A stretch of 55,558 nt of DNA, the filler included, from Squatina squatina (lineage: Eukaryota): the NCBI GenBank assembly GCA_031763465.1. It is 3 parts of 3 records of this genome, joined end to end, with 100 filler letters (N's around TTAATTAATTAA, not from the genome) between each part and the next. Parts side by side here need not be neighbours in the genome. Positions count along the whole stretch, not along the records: positions 24,376 to 40,172 come from JARFOE010000115.1; 2 more parts are not named here. One strand, written 5' to 3'. Shown one piece after another: positions 24,376 through 36,726 of the stretch; the stretch's first letter is position 1, and every line of letters starts with the position of its first letter. Below the pieces are notes generated by a model that saw only the letters and a list, made by a program, of their open reading frames with translations, made no database searches and was not told the origin of the DNA. The position numbers and the translations under genes were made by a program.

Positions 24376-25224
24376 TCAGATAGTTGTGATCAGGAATGTG
24401 TATGATCTTGCCACTGCATTCCTGCATAGCACATCAGCTGAAGCAAACTTGAAAAAAGACTGAAATTGCATGAATGATAACAGAAATTTAGGTTTCTGAA
24501 GGTCATGATTAGAATTATAATTCTGTTGTCTCACTATACCATGCATATTTTACTTGCATAAGAAAACATGGAATCAGTTTTTTGGACTACTCGGTTAGAA
24601 GATGTATTCCTGGAGTTTTAAGTACATAAGTTTGTTTTTTAAATCTGACTTCATTTTGATTTGTTAAAATCACTAGTTCCAAAATCAATCCTAAGTTCAG
24701 TATCTGTAATAAATTTAAACTTTCCTCCCTTATCTGCACACCAAACCGCCAAACTCTTTGTAAATCAATCTAGTCATAGCTTGGATATCTGCTACTATTG
24801 ACACTGCTTAAACCTCTCCCTTGATAATCTGTCAGAAGAAAAATCAATTAAACATAAAAATAAAGTTTCTCTTAATATCAGCAATTTTAATCTACCTAAT
24901 GCTCCAGCCTAGTCAGAGTGCCCCCAACAATGATTCTATCCAACTCTTCCTCTCCCTCTATTGTTACTCTACTCCCCAAATTTAAGCTAGTCGGCTCACT
25001 CCATACCCAAATTTTAGCCAGCCTACCTTCATTACACCAAGCACATGCCATAGACAGATGATCAAGCTGTAACTATAAAGTAGACAGGCCATTTTCAAGC
25101 TTCCCATTTATAAACGGGGGTGGATTATCTCACACACATACCTTTAGTCACAAGACAACAAATAATTTAAAGCATTACCAGTTCCAGCATTTATTAACAG
25201 CTTGTAATGTATTGTTTTACTCAC

Positions 25225-25363
25225 CAAGTACAGGATTGTAAAGGTTGGTAAATTTTGTAAAGGATGGAAATAAATGGGAAAGGTAGAACTTCTTAAACAA
25301 GGCAAAAAGAAACTTAAAACCACTTTCTTGTTTTTCTTTATTCTTCCATTCTAAGCTTGCAGC
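25225..25363 (-). CDS. RALGAPA2: Internal coding exon of Ral GTPase-activating protein alpha subunit 2
   Basis: 139-nt exon, tttgaag|GCT...CTTG|gtgagt. Translates [46 protein letters not shown], matching recalled RALGAPA2 (HLFPSFTK) better than RALGAPA1. Confidence 0.9.
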
Positions 25364-26188
25364 CTTCAAATTAGAAACAGAATAAACATTGGTTAAGGAA
25401 TGATAGGAGATAATTCCAAAAATTATATTAGTATTCAAGAAAATGTTTTGTGAAGTACACACTCAATAAGATTTTTTTTTCATCCTTTCAGCTATTCTCT
25501 TCTCCCTTTTTATACCCTTAGCACAATATGTCACTAACCAGTTAAGAGTAGTAGTCACAAAGCAGCCTAGGCAAGCTAACTCCAGGATTGTCCCCTCACA
25601 TTCTTCTTGTGAGAAGAAACTTAGTTTCCATTCAGTGCTTCTCCTTCTAAGACCAAATGTGTGCATGGTGATTCTTGGTCTCCACCCAAGTTCAGTAGTA
25701 CACCAATCTGCGTTGCAACAGCCCAATCATATATGGAGTACATTAAAAAAAAAACTTCAAATATACTGGTATCTCTCAACACTTGTCCTTCATTTACGAT
25801 TTTCACTGTTCTCACTAATATTGTGTCCCAAAATCTAAAATAAACATTCAATAAAAATTCAGAACTCTGGAGATGTATGCCTCAAAAATCTACAGGTGAG
25901 CGAACCTAGCATTTATGGTGGGAGTGTGCCTGTCGGGAATCACTGCCACTGACCCCGGTGACATCTGAGGAAAATTCCCCAATATGCCTGCAAATAACAT
26001 GCACCCGAGCTACTAGGATCATCATCCAGGGCATCTGCCATATAAATGAAGCCAGAAAGTCCCTCACATGTTTTCCCCCCCACCCCATNNNNNNNNNNNN
26101 NNNNNNNNNNNNNNNNNNNNNNNNNNNNNNNNNNNNNNNNNNNNNNNNNNNNNNNNNNNNNNNNNNNNNNNNNNNNNNNNNNNNNNNN

Positions 26189-26270
26189 CATCTCTAAATC
26201 TAGCTCATCAAATTCCTTCATAATTTTGAAGACCTCTATCAGGTCACTCATCAGTCTTCTCTTTACCAGA
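26189..26270 (-). mobile_element. CR1 LINE ORF2 C-terminal fragment
   Basis: Translates SDLIEVFKIMKEFDELDLE. Confidence 0.75.
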
Positions 26271-27162
26271 GATTTTTTTCCCCCCCAAGCATAATTTTGA
26301 TGCTTCTCAAACGGTATGAATCAGGTTTTAAATACTCTGTGTCCTACATTAAGGTAATTTAATACACAATCTAAATTCAAAAAGTTGCTTCTAAGTATTT
26401 CTACTATTAAAATGTAAATAGTACAAAATTAGCAAGAATCAGAATGACTGCTATTATGCTGCTCTGTTTAGCTTTTACTTTTCATGATATTTCACTATTA
26501 TACAGGAGGTCAATCAAAACAGAAAGTCCACTGTGTTACTAATCAAGACATCGCGAGGCCAGAATGAACATTATATATCCAACAAGTGTGCAAAGTCACA
26601 AGATCAACATTCAAATTCAGACTACTGTAATCTTTCACTTTTGTTGCATTTAATAATTGATCAATTTAAGCACCATTCATAAACATTTTGCAAAGTCTTG
26701 CCCAAAGGCCAATTACACAAATAAGTTGCAAGGAATACTTTGCTTCTTTACAAATACATGCATAAAGCATATCACTCAAGAGATTTGGCATGAACTACAA
26801 CAAATTAAGCCGCATCTGCTGTGCAATAATTTCTATTGATGCCTGTACTTTGTCACAGGAACAAATATTTCAGTTTACTACAGCGTGGAGAGGCATTCAG
26901 CAGATTCCTGGGGCATCCGCACAATGTTCAGCCAAAAATCATTGGAGTTGCGCGGGGTGGGTGGTCATTAACAGGTCACTCTCTCGCACCTCCTAGATGA
27001 TAGCTGCGAAACAGGCCAAGGAATTGGATGCTTAACCTTCCTCTCCCCACCCTCCCAACTCCTGTGGTCTCAATTAGTGCTTAGAGAACCAGAAAAAAAG
27101 GGGAGGAAATAAGAATACAAAAAGGTACACAACCTCACCAAACAAAATAACGATGTGCTTAC

Positions 27163-27206
27163 CTTAACAGAGTTTCCAGTGTGCAGAAGTTTCTTCAAAA
27201 TTGAGC
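27163..27206 (-). CDS. RALGAPA2: Short internal coding exon of RalGAP alpha subunit 2
   Basis: 44-nt exon, attttag|GC...AAG|gtaagc. Translates (G)SILKKLLHTGNSVK, the conserved N-terminal LKKLLHTGNS motif. Order and strand fit the 25225-25363 exon. Not in the ORF track. Confidence 0.88.
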
Positions 27207-27459
27207 CTAAAATATTAATTTGGTTGCAAATTGAAAATTAAAGATTGCAGATATAACATGTAAATAATACAAGCGGCTTCATTGTTCGTATAGCGAAGCA
27301 CAAAAAAGCTAATCACTTATTAAAAATCCTCACCATTTAGAGGGGCTGCAGAGTGTATTNNNNNNNNNNNNNNNNNNNNNNNNNNNNNNNNNNNNNNNNN
27401 NNNNNNNNNNNNNNNNNNNNNNNNNNNNNNNNNNNNNNNNNNNNNNNNNNNNNNNNNNN

Positions 27460-28058
27460 TCATCCGCTGCTGAAACCCTCATCCATGTCTTTGTTACCTC
27501 TAGACTTGACTATTCCAATGCACTCCAGGCTGGCCTCCCACGTTCTACCCAACGTAAACTTGAGGTTATCCAAAACTCGGCTGCCCGTATCCTAACTCAC
27601 ACCAAGTCGCGTTCACCCATCACCCCTGAGCTCACTGACCTACATTGGCTCCCGGTTAAGCAACATTTCAAAATCCTCATCCTTGTTTTCAAATCCCTTC
27701 GTGGCTTTGACCCTCCCTATCCTCCAGCCCCACAACCCTCCGAGATATCTGCTCAGCTGTAAGTCTGGCTTCTTGTGCATCCCTGATTTTAATCGCTTAA
27801 TTATCGGTGGCCATGCCTTCAGCTACCAAGGCCCTAAAACTCTGGAATAACCTCCCTTAACCTCTCCACCTCTCAAACTTGCTTTCCTCCTTTAAGACGC
27901 TCCTTAAAACCTACCTCTTTGATCAAACTTTTGGTCATCTGCCCTAATTTCTCCTTATGTGGCTCGGTGTTCTATTTTGTTTCACAACACTCCTGTGAAG
28001 TGCCTTGGGACGTTTTACTACGTTAAAAGCGCTATATAAATACAAGTTGTTGTTCTTG
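27460..28058 (+). mobile_element. L2 LINE 3' portion (ORF2 C-terminus plus 3' tail)
   Basis: Frameshifted translation includes AAETLIH, VTSRLDYSNAL, IQNSAARIL and LHWLPVKQ. Ends gcgctatataaatacaagttgttgtt. Confidence 0.88.
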
Positions 28059-28771
28059 TCGTAATAAATGATGAAGTAGTTAGAAAGTAGTTTTGCTTGC
28101 AAACTAAGTGAGGCAGCACTGTGCAACAGTACCTCAATGCCAGAAATATTGTATGATATAAAATCCTCATACCCTTTGAAGGAATGTGTTACTTTATATC
28201 CTGCGAATTGTATACTACTGCGGTATATAGTATGCTACTATGGTAAAATCACAGAGCTAAATATTGACGTTAAATCATAATATTTAAATCTTCACTTTAT
28301 AAGTGAATAAACGGGAGACAGAGTTAGCAAAGTGTATTTTACATGGCTGATACCACACATTCACAATTGTTATTCTATCAGCATATGTATTATATGGCAG
28401 GTGGCGTGAGATTTATGCCTGCCTTAAGTCCTTTAACCAAATCTTGGAGAGAAAAAACCTTTAGTTTATATACAGTATATAAAGTTAATGCAGCTTAAAG
28501 CCATTTACTCATAGGAAATATTGAGTAGAGAAACTGAAGTACTGTGGATTACTGAGGCTTTAAGCAGCTGTTTTATGGAGGTGGCGGTGATCCAGAAAAT
28601 AACACTGAGAATAAGAATTTGGAATCATCACCAAGCCCTCTCCAAAGCCAACTGTCAATCACTCTGTTTTTGACCTTTTGTCTTTGACTGTTCAGTTCCA
28701 TGATTTTCTCGTAAGAATCCTTCCATCAATCCTTCAAAATCTCGGTTGTTTTAACAGTAACAGCCCATAGG

Positions 28772-28924
28772 AAATGCAACACCTGCCCCTTTATATCCTT
28801 CCTTCCCACTGTCCAGGGCCCCAGACACTCATTCCAGATGAGACACTGATTTACTTGTACTTCTTTCAATTTAGTATACTGTATTCGCTGCTCACAATGT
28901 GGTCTCCTCTACATTGGGGAGACC
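28772..28924 (+). mobile_element. Penelope-like element GIY-YIG endonuclease fragment
   Basis: Translates CNTCPFI...FTCTSFNLVYCIRCSQCGLLYIGET. Confidence 0.8.
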
Positions 28925-29024
28925 NNNNNNNNNNNNNNNNNNNNNNNNNNNNNNNNNNNNNNNNNNNNNNNNNNNNNNNNNNNNNNNNNNNNNNNNNNNN
29001 NNNNNNNNNNNNNNNNNNNNNNNN

Positions 29025-29165
29025 TGGCACCACTGACAGTGCACTCCCTCACTACTGCACTGCAGCATCAGCTTAGATTTTTGCACTCAAGTCTCTGGTG
29101 TGGGTGCTTGAATCCACAACCTTCTGACTCAGGTGAGCATGCTACCAACTGAGCCATAGCTGACA
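29025..29165 (-). mobile_element. Deu-domain SINE 5' part
   Basis: gcactccctcactactgcactg...caaccttctgactcagg...caactgagcca. Confidence 0.8.
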
Positions 29166-29174
29166 GTGACACTG

Positions 29175-29670
29175 AGAGAGATTTAAGGAGACCGTTGGTA
29201 GTGGAGAAAAGAAGTCAGAGATTATCTTTGCTCTCCAGGAACATCCTTGAGTTGTGCACAGTTTTGCCCGTGGAGAGTGAGGCCCAATAGTGCTTGATGT
29301 GGTCGAGTCAGATCTGGTGACAGAAGGCTAAACGACTTATGTGCCAGATATACTCAAGTCTGTGCTCCTTGGACTATAGGAAGCAAAGATGAGGGCCATA
29401 CGAAGTGTAATTACAAGGATAGGAGACATAATGGTTGCACTGAGTCAAGGGCAGCAGAAGCATTGTAGCAAATGGGGGATCAAAGGCAAGATGATTAGGA
29501 GTTTGATAATGTAGTTATAAGTGACTTGAGGGAGAGATTTTTTTTTCCAGGGGTAGATGCAAAAGGAATTGAGGTTGAATGGGGTAAGAGGATGTGTGTG
29601 ATGAGGAATATGAAGAAATGGTCAGAGATAGCCTTGTCTGTGATAGAGTCCATGGGAGTAGGCACGGTTG
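29175..29670 (-). mobile_element. Degenerate L2 ORF2 fragment (endonuclease end and linker)
   Basis: Reverse translation includes AISDHFFIF and LLFSTTNGLL. Confidence 0.6.
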
Positions 29671-31526
29671 AGTTGTTTATTTCCTGTTTTACAGTTTGCC
29701 TGCAGTCTCACAATGATCCATTAGTGGTTTACTGGAAAAGAGGCAGCCCCTCCCCCACACCAAATCCATACACGTCTTCTATACAATAACTGGAATTAAC
29801 CTCGTCATTCCCAAACCTACATAAAACTAGAAGATCAGGATCATTTGTGCTTATATAAACATTACTGAGGCCTGTTTTTCGTGAATAATTTAAAACTCTG
29901 AAAATTTTAAGTACTTGAAACAGTTCTTCAAATAGTACACCAGTAACATAGATGATTTCTTCACAGTAGAAGGAGATTACATGTTGAACATATGAACGTG
30001 ACAAAACCCATTTATTGATAGATGCAGTCTGGAAAAACTGCCATTTTAGCAACATCTGGCAGACAGTTCTTATCTTATCATTCCACATTTTCCTGTTCCA
30101 CAGTGGTAAAAAAAACATTTAGTGCTACTTTTCAGCAAGTCTATTCGATGTGTCTCATCCATCATTAATCTAATGGAAACTATTCAAGCATTTCCTCTAC
30201 TTAAAAGGACAATGGGCCACCTCAGTAAAATCCTTGTTTGTATTTTAAACAACAGCTTATATTTGAAGGGAACTCCCCAGTTAGCCTCACCCTTCTCCTG
30301 CTGACTGTACAGGAACTTCATGCAATAACCACGATGTCATGTATAACAACTTCTTCCTATTTTTGTTTCTAGCTGTCCTATATTGGAAGTTTTTTTGTGC
30401 AGTCATTCCTAATTTCCATGTGGTGCATTTCATTGGGCCGATGTATGGCACACTTTGCATCTCCACAAATTGACTTGGCTTCACAAGAATGTAAAGTGTG
30501 CAATGTAACTGCAGCTGAACTTGCACAAGTTGTAGCTTCAGCTGTATGATTAAGACCACTTTGAGAAACTCCCAGCACTTTGACTTCATACCAGAATAAT
30601 GACATCCAATTCAAAGCAAACTTTAAAGTTATAAGATTTCCCAGGGCACTGGCTCACCTTTAAATTTTTAATGATAGGAAATAGGCAGGAGTCCGCTTGA
30701 ACATTTAAATAGTCATTGGTTTGACTCCACTTTATATAGTGTGCGCGTGCATTTAAATATGTACACACGCACAGTGCTAACTTACTTGGATTTTAAAGAA
30801 AGCTGGCATTATAATTTAGCATTGTTATCTCAATGTTCTAAAATTGATTAGCACTTCAAAATGGGATCTCCAATATAAATTGTTAGAAAAGGTATATGGT
30901 TATGCAAATAAAACGGACGCAAATAATACTGTGTTTAAATGATTGTATGTTTCTGCTCGAGACAAGTAAAGGTTTAATATATAAGTTATGTTTTATCCAG
31001 GACTGCATAAGTTTAATTTTCCTAGAAAGACCTATATTAGGATTTGAGACAGTGGTTTTGATGAGTTAAATTAGAGGATTCCACATTCCACAGGGGGGCC
31101 CATTGCATGACCTCGGCCTTGCCAGGCTGAGTTGGCTGCTGCTTGTAAAGTTAGGGTTTTGACTTTGTTTAATGTATGTTTAAATTAACCAATGAAGGCC
31201 CAACCTATGTTTCTTGCATTATTACCAATAGCCATATTATAATGCTAAGGTAGAATCTGGAGTTTGTTTAACAGAACTGCTTGAAGATAATTAAAAGTTA
31301 ATTTGTATAAAAGACATAGAAAAAGGAATTTATGGGAGTTAAGGTACCATCTTGGGATGGAACAGTCTGTTCGATTAAGGGGACAGCTCTAGCCTGGGGC
31401 CTCTGATTGTGCCTGAGACATGCACCNNNNNNNNNNNNNNNNNNNNNNNNNNNNNNNNNNNNNNNNNNNNNNNNNNNNNNNNNNNNNNNNNNNNNNNNNN
31501 NNNNNNNNNNNNNNNNNNNNNNNNNN

Positions 31527-31700
31527 CTATATTCAAAAGGGAGTTAGATGTGGCCCTTACGGCAAGGGGGATCAGGGGGTATGGAGAGAAAGCAGGTACG
31601 GGGGACTGAGTTGAAAGATCAGCCATGATCGTGTTGAATGGCGGTGCAGGCTCGAAGGGCCACATTGCCTACTCCTGCACCTATTTTCTATGTTTCTATT
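31527..31700 (+). mobile_element. CR1 LINE 3' end
   Basis: IFKRELDVALTARGIRGYGEKAG* followed by gatcagccatgatcgtgttgaatggcggtgcaggctcgaagggcc...ttctatgtttct. Confidence 0.88.
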
Positions 31701-31781
31701 TTATGCTGTTAAGTAAAGTCAAAGGAATCTACAAAATTCTGCATAAAATTCAAAAGAAGTTACAAAAATTAATAGTAGCAG

Positions 31782-32160
31782 ATGGTTATGGGTTCAAGTT
31801 CCACTCCAAAGACAAAAACTCAATCTAGATTGACACTTCAGGAGTACTACACTGTTGGAGATTACGTTAAACAAATGCCCCCACCTGCCTTCTCAGATGG
31901 CCATAAAATGTCCCATGGCTCTATTCAAAAGAAAGCAGGAGTTCTCCCAGGTGTCCTGCCCAATATTTATTTCTCAATCGATATGATTAAAACAGATTAT
32001 CAGGTCATTATCTTGTTACTGTTCGTGGGACCTTGCTGTGTGGCTGTCACTTTTTCCTACATTACAACAGCAACTACACTTCAAAAGTACGTTATTGGCT
32101 GTAAAGTGTTTTGCAACATCCTAAAGTTGTGAAAGGTGTTATATAAAATGCAAGTCCTTT
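31782..32160 (+). mobile_element. Diverged Deu-domain SINE
   Basis: gggttcaagtt...gttctcccaggtgtcctgcccaatattta...gtgaaaggtgttatataaaatgcaagt. Confidence 0.8.
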
Positions 32161-33695
32161 CCTTTATTCCACAAAGAGGAAAAGTCTCGAGAGGTTGCAA
32201 AACAATATGGCACCAACCGGGCTAGATTTGAACTGCAACGAGAAACCATCTAAGCAGGTTTTTCATAAAGATTACTGTTGAGCTATTTTCCTCAATTTTA
32301 AGCCTTGGGGAAAGTGTGAGGAGACTGCAAATTTAAACAAGGTGGCTACAATACTGAAAAAGTTGACTAACCCAATTTCTTTTCAAAAAGATGGTCTTGG
32401 ATGTTTTGAGGATCCCACGTAATTATTAAATTACTTTGCTGCGGTCATCTGGCAATGGATGGAAGCGGACAAAGAGGAAGACCATGAGGTGTACGAAAGA
32501 ATAAACCTCTAACAAAAAGTACACATGGAAAACAATGTCCTGATACTACAAAATCACCTCCCAAATCCAACAGAAACACACAGTATTCTGACATTTAGAT
32601 TTCTCCACTCTCCACGGCAAAGGTGTGTAAAATAAGCACCACCGCACAAACTTTATTATCCAGCCATCCAGATGCAAGGGATAGGTAGGCAGAGAGGAAA
32701 AAGTCAAACAGGACTTCTGGCAAATAGAAGCTTGCAAGAGTTCAAAACCACCAAACAACATTTTCAGAAGTCACATTTCATTTTGGGACACCGCACATTA
32801 AGTGGATCGTTGAGGTGGCATTCCGCATCAATTAACTAAATTCTTGCACCTCCACTTATTAAAATATCGAAGCTAATATAACAGAATGGAATGCTGAACC
32901 AAAAATGTAAAACAAAAAACCTTACATCACATGTTTTTATTATGAAGCCAAAGAATATATGAATAGAAAATAATAGTCTTTGTAAATGGGAGCTGTGTTA
33001 GCATGCTCTCTAGTCAAGCTAAAATAAAGAGACAACAGCCAAAAGTAAAGCAACTTCTCTTTCCTGGATTTTCCTCCAATAAAGTACTTTTATATTGTCT
33101 TCCAACCCAAGTTGTCATCTCATGAGGTGGCTTACAACCACCAATATTGGAATGATGAGGAAAATATGCATGTTATATAAAATCAGCTGAACCATTCAAG
33201 GAATTTGAGTTTCTGTGTTCTTTTTCCCGCTCCCCCACAGCTGGTAAAATTGTACGTTAATTTTTAGATGAAATGATGAATTGAGAATTTTATGTATCTC
33301 AGCATGACCAGGATTTTTTTTTTAAACTGTTCCTTTTCTTATTTTGGTGGAACATTTCTGAGGATCTGAACTGGGAAACTGACCTTTCTGAAAGGTGCTG
33401 CAACCATAGGCAAAAATCCCAATCATAATGCCCCTTAAACATTTCAGACAATTAACACATTCACCTAAGAATCAATTCATGTTTTGTAACAGGTATAAAG
33501 ATACACAATGGAGAATACACACCCCAATTGCCATTTTAAATTCTGCCGCAAGTGATTAAAATCCAAAACAATGGATAGAAAGTCGTCCAACAATCAAGTT
33601 TGAACAAAACTGATATGGAAAGAACTTTGAAATACAGTAAACATTAATTTCTGCCAAATTCATTACTATGTATAAAAATTCTTGCAGGACACTGA

Positions 33696-34145
33696 GGGAT
33701 CAAAATTCAGCTATTTTTCACCCTGTTAACGCCTTTGAAGGGGTGCTAACGGCACAAAAAAGTTAAATTTAGCGGATCGAGACAGCAATTTCACCTACTA
33801 CGAAATTCACCTTGCGCCTGGCCTGGGGAATTTGCTGCGGGTGGGTGCGCCACGTCATCAAAGGCTGTGCTGACACGTTACCACCCCGCAGTGACCCCTT
33901 AATGCCCCGGGTGCGCCCACGGGTGAAATCAATCCGTGGGGCACAAGGGCCACAACTGTCAGTGGCACAAAGCTATCGTTGCCTCTGAGACTGAAAGGGG
34001 AGGGCTGGTAGCGCCAGCGGCTGCCATCTTTTTGTGTCATAGTGGCCCTTGTCCCGACCGGGTCGCCATCCCATTGCCCAGCATATCAGACGGCGCTCTG
34101 CCTCACTTTCGCCGCGGTATGTCATATACTACAGCAGGAGTGTCG
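33696..34145. mobile_element. GC-rich DNA-transposon-like element, left part
   Basis: Starts gggatcaaaattc, with dyad ctgttaacgcc/ggtgctaacgg. CpG-rich within AT-rich flanks. Confidence 0.5.
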
Positions 34146-36433
34146 NNNNNNNNNNNNNNNNNNNNNNNNNNNNNNNNNNNNNNNNNNNNNNNNNNNNNNN
34201 NNNNNNNNNNNNNNNNNNNNNNNNNNNNNNNNNNNNNNNNNNNNNATCTTCTGTCCGAAACGTCGTTAACAAAGACCATTTCATTCATTAATCCTGTCGG
34301 CCCATAATAATAAGGGACCTTGCCAGTCATACGTTTTAACCTCATCATACATTTTCAGTATGGGGAAAGCGCTATCAGTACCCTGCAAATGCCAAACACT
34401 CTATACGACTTAAGTTGTAACTGTCATACTTCCACTTCAAAGCTAACTACGTACTTGTCATAATTAAGCCACAAAGGTACTTGTTTCAGTGTAGGGCCTC
34501 CCTGACATCTCGCAACTCCTTCCTCACCGTGTTATTGCTGTCTACATGGATAGAAAGGGCCCTGTTTATCTGCTGACCCCCAGCTTGATTGCTTGCAAGA
34601 GATTGCATTGGAACTGTAAATAATGGTCTGTATGTCTGGGTCTTCAATGGACTCCAAATGCTTTGAAGCCATTTTTGTTTGTTGTAACCATGACATCTAG
34701 AAAAAAAGAGCAGGATATTCCCATACAGCTCTGCAAGTAACATTGTGGAAGAGTGAATGCTCTTTAAAAAAATCCTGGAAACTTTTTAAACTGCTCTTAC
34801 CAAGCCTTAACAATAAGGAAAACCCTTTCTTCTTGGTTGCTTTAATTTTCTTTAAAAATTAGGCCCATTAATCTTTTACCATTGAATTCCAAAGAATGGT
34901 ATCGACAAGCTTTCCGTCATATTCTCATCGTATTGATGATTTTATTTTGGGACAAGTTGGTCTGTTCTCAACTAGTAGGTTGAGTGGAGTACCAGGCTTA
35001 CCAGGTACATCAACCAAAGTAATGCTGAGTCCCATCAGCTGAGTACTGTTCAGTACTTCAGACTGTATCTCTTTCACCTTGTGCTCCAATGTATCTGAAA
35101 TACACATTTCATGGCCATCAGCAGAGGCCATTATCAGTGGGGAGAAAAAGCATTCTACCCCCAAATCCAAAGAATGGTGAAACGTGAAAGAGATGCATAT
35201 CTGTTCCTTCCAACTGAATCTGCAAGAGTTTCAGAATGTTTTTGATCAATTGTTTTTCAAAAACTAAACAGCAGCAGTTGAAAAGGATTTGTTGCTCGGA
35301 TTCTGGAAATCAGTAAAACTATGAGCCAATTAAAGAAAGAGGCGCTGCCTTGCAGCACATCTTGAAGGTCTTATGCCTTGATTTGTTACATTTTGCACAA
35401 ATTCTCTTCTTCACAGTGAAGAATTTCCTGAAATTAACATAAATCATTATTGCACATTTACATTGGCAAGAGGTAATTATTACACATAGCAGCATAGTAG
35501 TGAATTTACTGGGCAGTTATTGGCAACAGACCCAATATGGTGGCATCTTAATAAATAGGTTGCTTCAAGAGGCTGCATGTAGCAATGAGCAAGGTGATCT
35601 CCGTAAGTGTCTCTGGAGGTAGTGTTGCCCAGCCTCCCTAGGTGGGAGCATAAGCAGAAACTGGGCTTGCTTTTGGAAGTGGTCATGTTTTCTACGCAGT
35701 TCAACCCNNNNNNNNNNNNNNNNNNNNNNNNNNNNNNNNNNNNNNNNNNNNNNNNNNNNNNNNNNNNNNNNNNNNNNNNNNNNNNNNNNNNNNNNNNNNN
35801 NNNNNNNATGACAACAATATATATATGTGCATTAAAGTAAAAACTATTCTGAGTGGCTTGTATTATTGAATTTACACAATCTGCAGAATTCTTATCAATT
35901 GGTTGTTTTAAGGGAGAAATCTATTATGAGATTATAATGTGATTTCACTGTGGGAAATAAAATCTGATGACTTTTGAATTTTTGAGTATTATTGCACACT
36001 GTCTTTAGAGAATTTCAATTTGAAAACTGCAGTATTCACCATTCACTCCTGGCCTTGGAACGAGGTGAAAAAAATCAATACCCTGCCAGTATTCTTGAAG
36101 GTAGGAATATGGAAAAGGTTTGAATAGCAACCCTGTGCTTAAGTCTCTCTCACCTCTTGGAGATGAATAGTTTTGAATGCCTGGACCACCTCCCAGTTTC
36201 ATTACATATTCTTCAACTTTGTAAACATTATTGCTTAAATTTCAAGTGCCTCCACATTAGTAGCTATAGTTCAGATTTATTAAATTGAATCACTGATATC
36301 ATTCACAATCAAGGCTTTGACAAATGCTAAAGTCTTGAAATGGCATGTATTTAATTCCTGTTGCATTGAGGATTTATTTTGCCTTCTGGATTTAACCCAT
36401 TTAGTCAACTGGTCTTAAAACTATAATTTATTG

Positions 36434-36726
36434 ACCCTGAAATTCCGGTCGGAGTCTTTCCGCGGGCGGAAGGCTCCAACCATTAAAAATTTTACGAAAT
36501 TACCTGGTGGTCCAGGAGTTTTGCACACTTGCAGCTCCTAGCCTACATGCGAATGCCAGTGTAGAGACCAGTGCATCCTATCCACTTATGTGGTTCGCAG
36601 ACGTAGATAGGATCACGTGGGTGGGCCCAACCAATCAGGGTAAGCGTATTCCCATTCATACTGATGACGAGTCCATACATTCGGATTCATCATTTGTATG
36701 AATAGGGATACCCCCAAAAAACACAA
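36434..36726. mobile_element. GC-rich DNA-transposon-like element, left part
   Basis: ccctgaaattccggtcggagtc...ggctccaacc. Has an internal dyad attcccattcatactgatga/tcatttgtatgaatagggata. Confidence 0.5.

Noticed and set aside
31075-31426. LTR or promoter (CCAAT and TATAAAA)
   Set aside because: It is truncated by a gap, with no second LTR, primer-binding site or internal domains to support it.
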